Shown in pieces: positions 63,667 to 64,000 of a stretch of DNA of 64,000 nt. The number at the start of each line of letters is the position of its first letter. Positions within the stretch are counted from its first letter, which is position 1. The translations under genes were made by a program, and so were the position numbers. The DNA comes from an uncultured delta proteobacterium (GTDB lineage: Bacteria; Myxococcota; Myxococcia; SLRQ01), in NCBI GenBank assembly GCA_963727485.1, contig CAVSGM010000003.1, positions 288,001 to 352,000 of the forward strand. Direction: 5' to 3'. The notes under the pieces were generated by a model, which saw only the letters and a program-made list of their open reading frames with translations, was not told the origin of the DNA and searched no databases.

Positions 63667-64000
63667 GCTCGGTGAGGGCCCAGGCGCCGGCCGCCGCCGG
63701 GGTCAGGGCCCACTTGAGGGCCCGGAGCATCCACGCCGGCCAGGTGGGGGCCTTCTCGGGTGCCGGGGGCGCGGCGACGCCGGCGTCCTCGGCGAGGGCC
63801 CGGGCGCAGCTCATGGCGGCGCTGATCGCCCCCTCCATGCACGCCAGGTCGACGGGGTTGCGGATCCAGTCCCCGGCGAAGAAGAGGTTGTTGATCTTGT
63901 CGCTGCGGATCCCCGGCCGGTCGTCCCAGGCGCCCACGGTGTTGATGAACAGCGGGTCGTCGACGTTGGACTCGAGGTGCCAGTCGAGGATGTCGGCCTG
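63638..64000 (-). CDS. FAD-dependent oxidoreductase, amine-oxidase/carotenoid-desaturase-like (3' part only)
   Basis: PLFINTVGAWDDRP...NLFFAGDW...DLACMEGAISAA. Confidence 0.75.
   Translation of the reverse strand, partial: QADILDWHLESNVDDPLFINTVGAWDDRPGIRSDKINNLFFAGDWIRNPVDLACMEGAISAAMSCARALAEDAGVAAPPAPEKAPTWPAWMLRALKWALTPAAAGAWALTELTGSNPSGS

Overview
Very GC-rich bacterial chromosomal window. Ser/Thr kinases, Cys-rich surface lipoproteins, a PGRS-like lipoprotein and a PilZ protein suggest Myxococcota or a related deltaproteobacterium (inference). About 48 genes can be supported. Housekeeping genes are ahcY (partial), clpS-clpA, sodC, bioB, nth, a rhodanese-MoeB fusion and class II ribonucleotide reductase nrdJ with tandem NrdR boxes. 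At least nine genes are split by frameshifts, nearly all repairable by removing one base, which points to long-read consensus error rather than pseudogenisation. No rRNA, tRNA or CRISPR array was seen. Two candidates stand out as possibly undescribed systems. (1) A five-gene cluster (692-4752): ECF sigma, membrane anti-sigma with a CBM48-like domain, outer-membrane barrel, PEGA protein and exported helical protein. It looks like a trans-envelope alpha-glucan sensor. (2) A Y1/HUH (RAYT-like) nuclease preceded by a ~270-bp non-coding module (18216-18484) containing 16-bp direct repeats, a 20-bp inverted repeat, a 12-bp palindrome and a PafBC-type DNA-damage promoter motif. All calls were made by eye from motifs; no database search was run.
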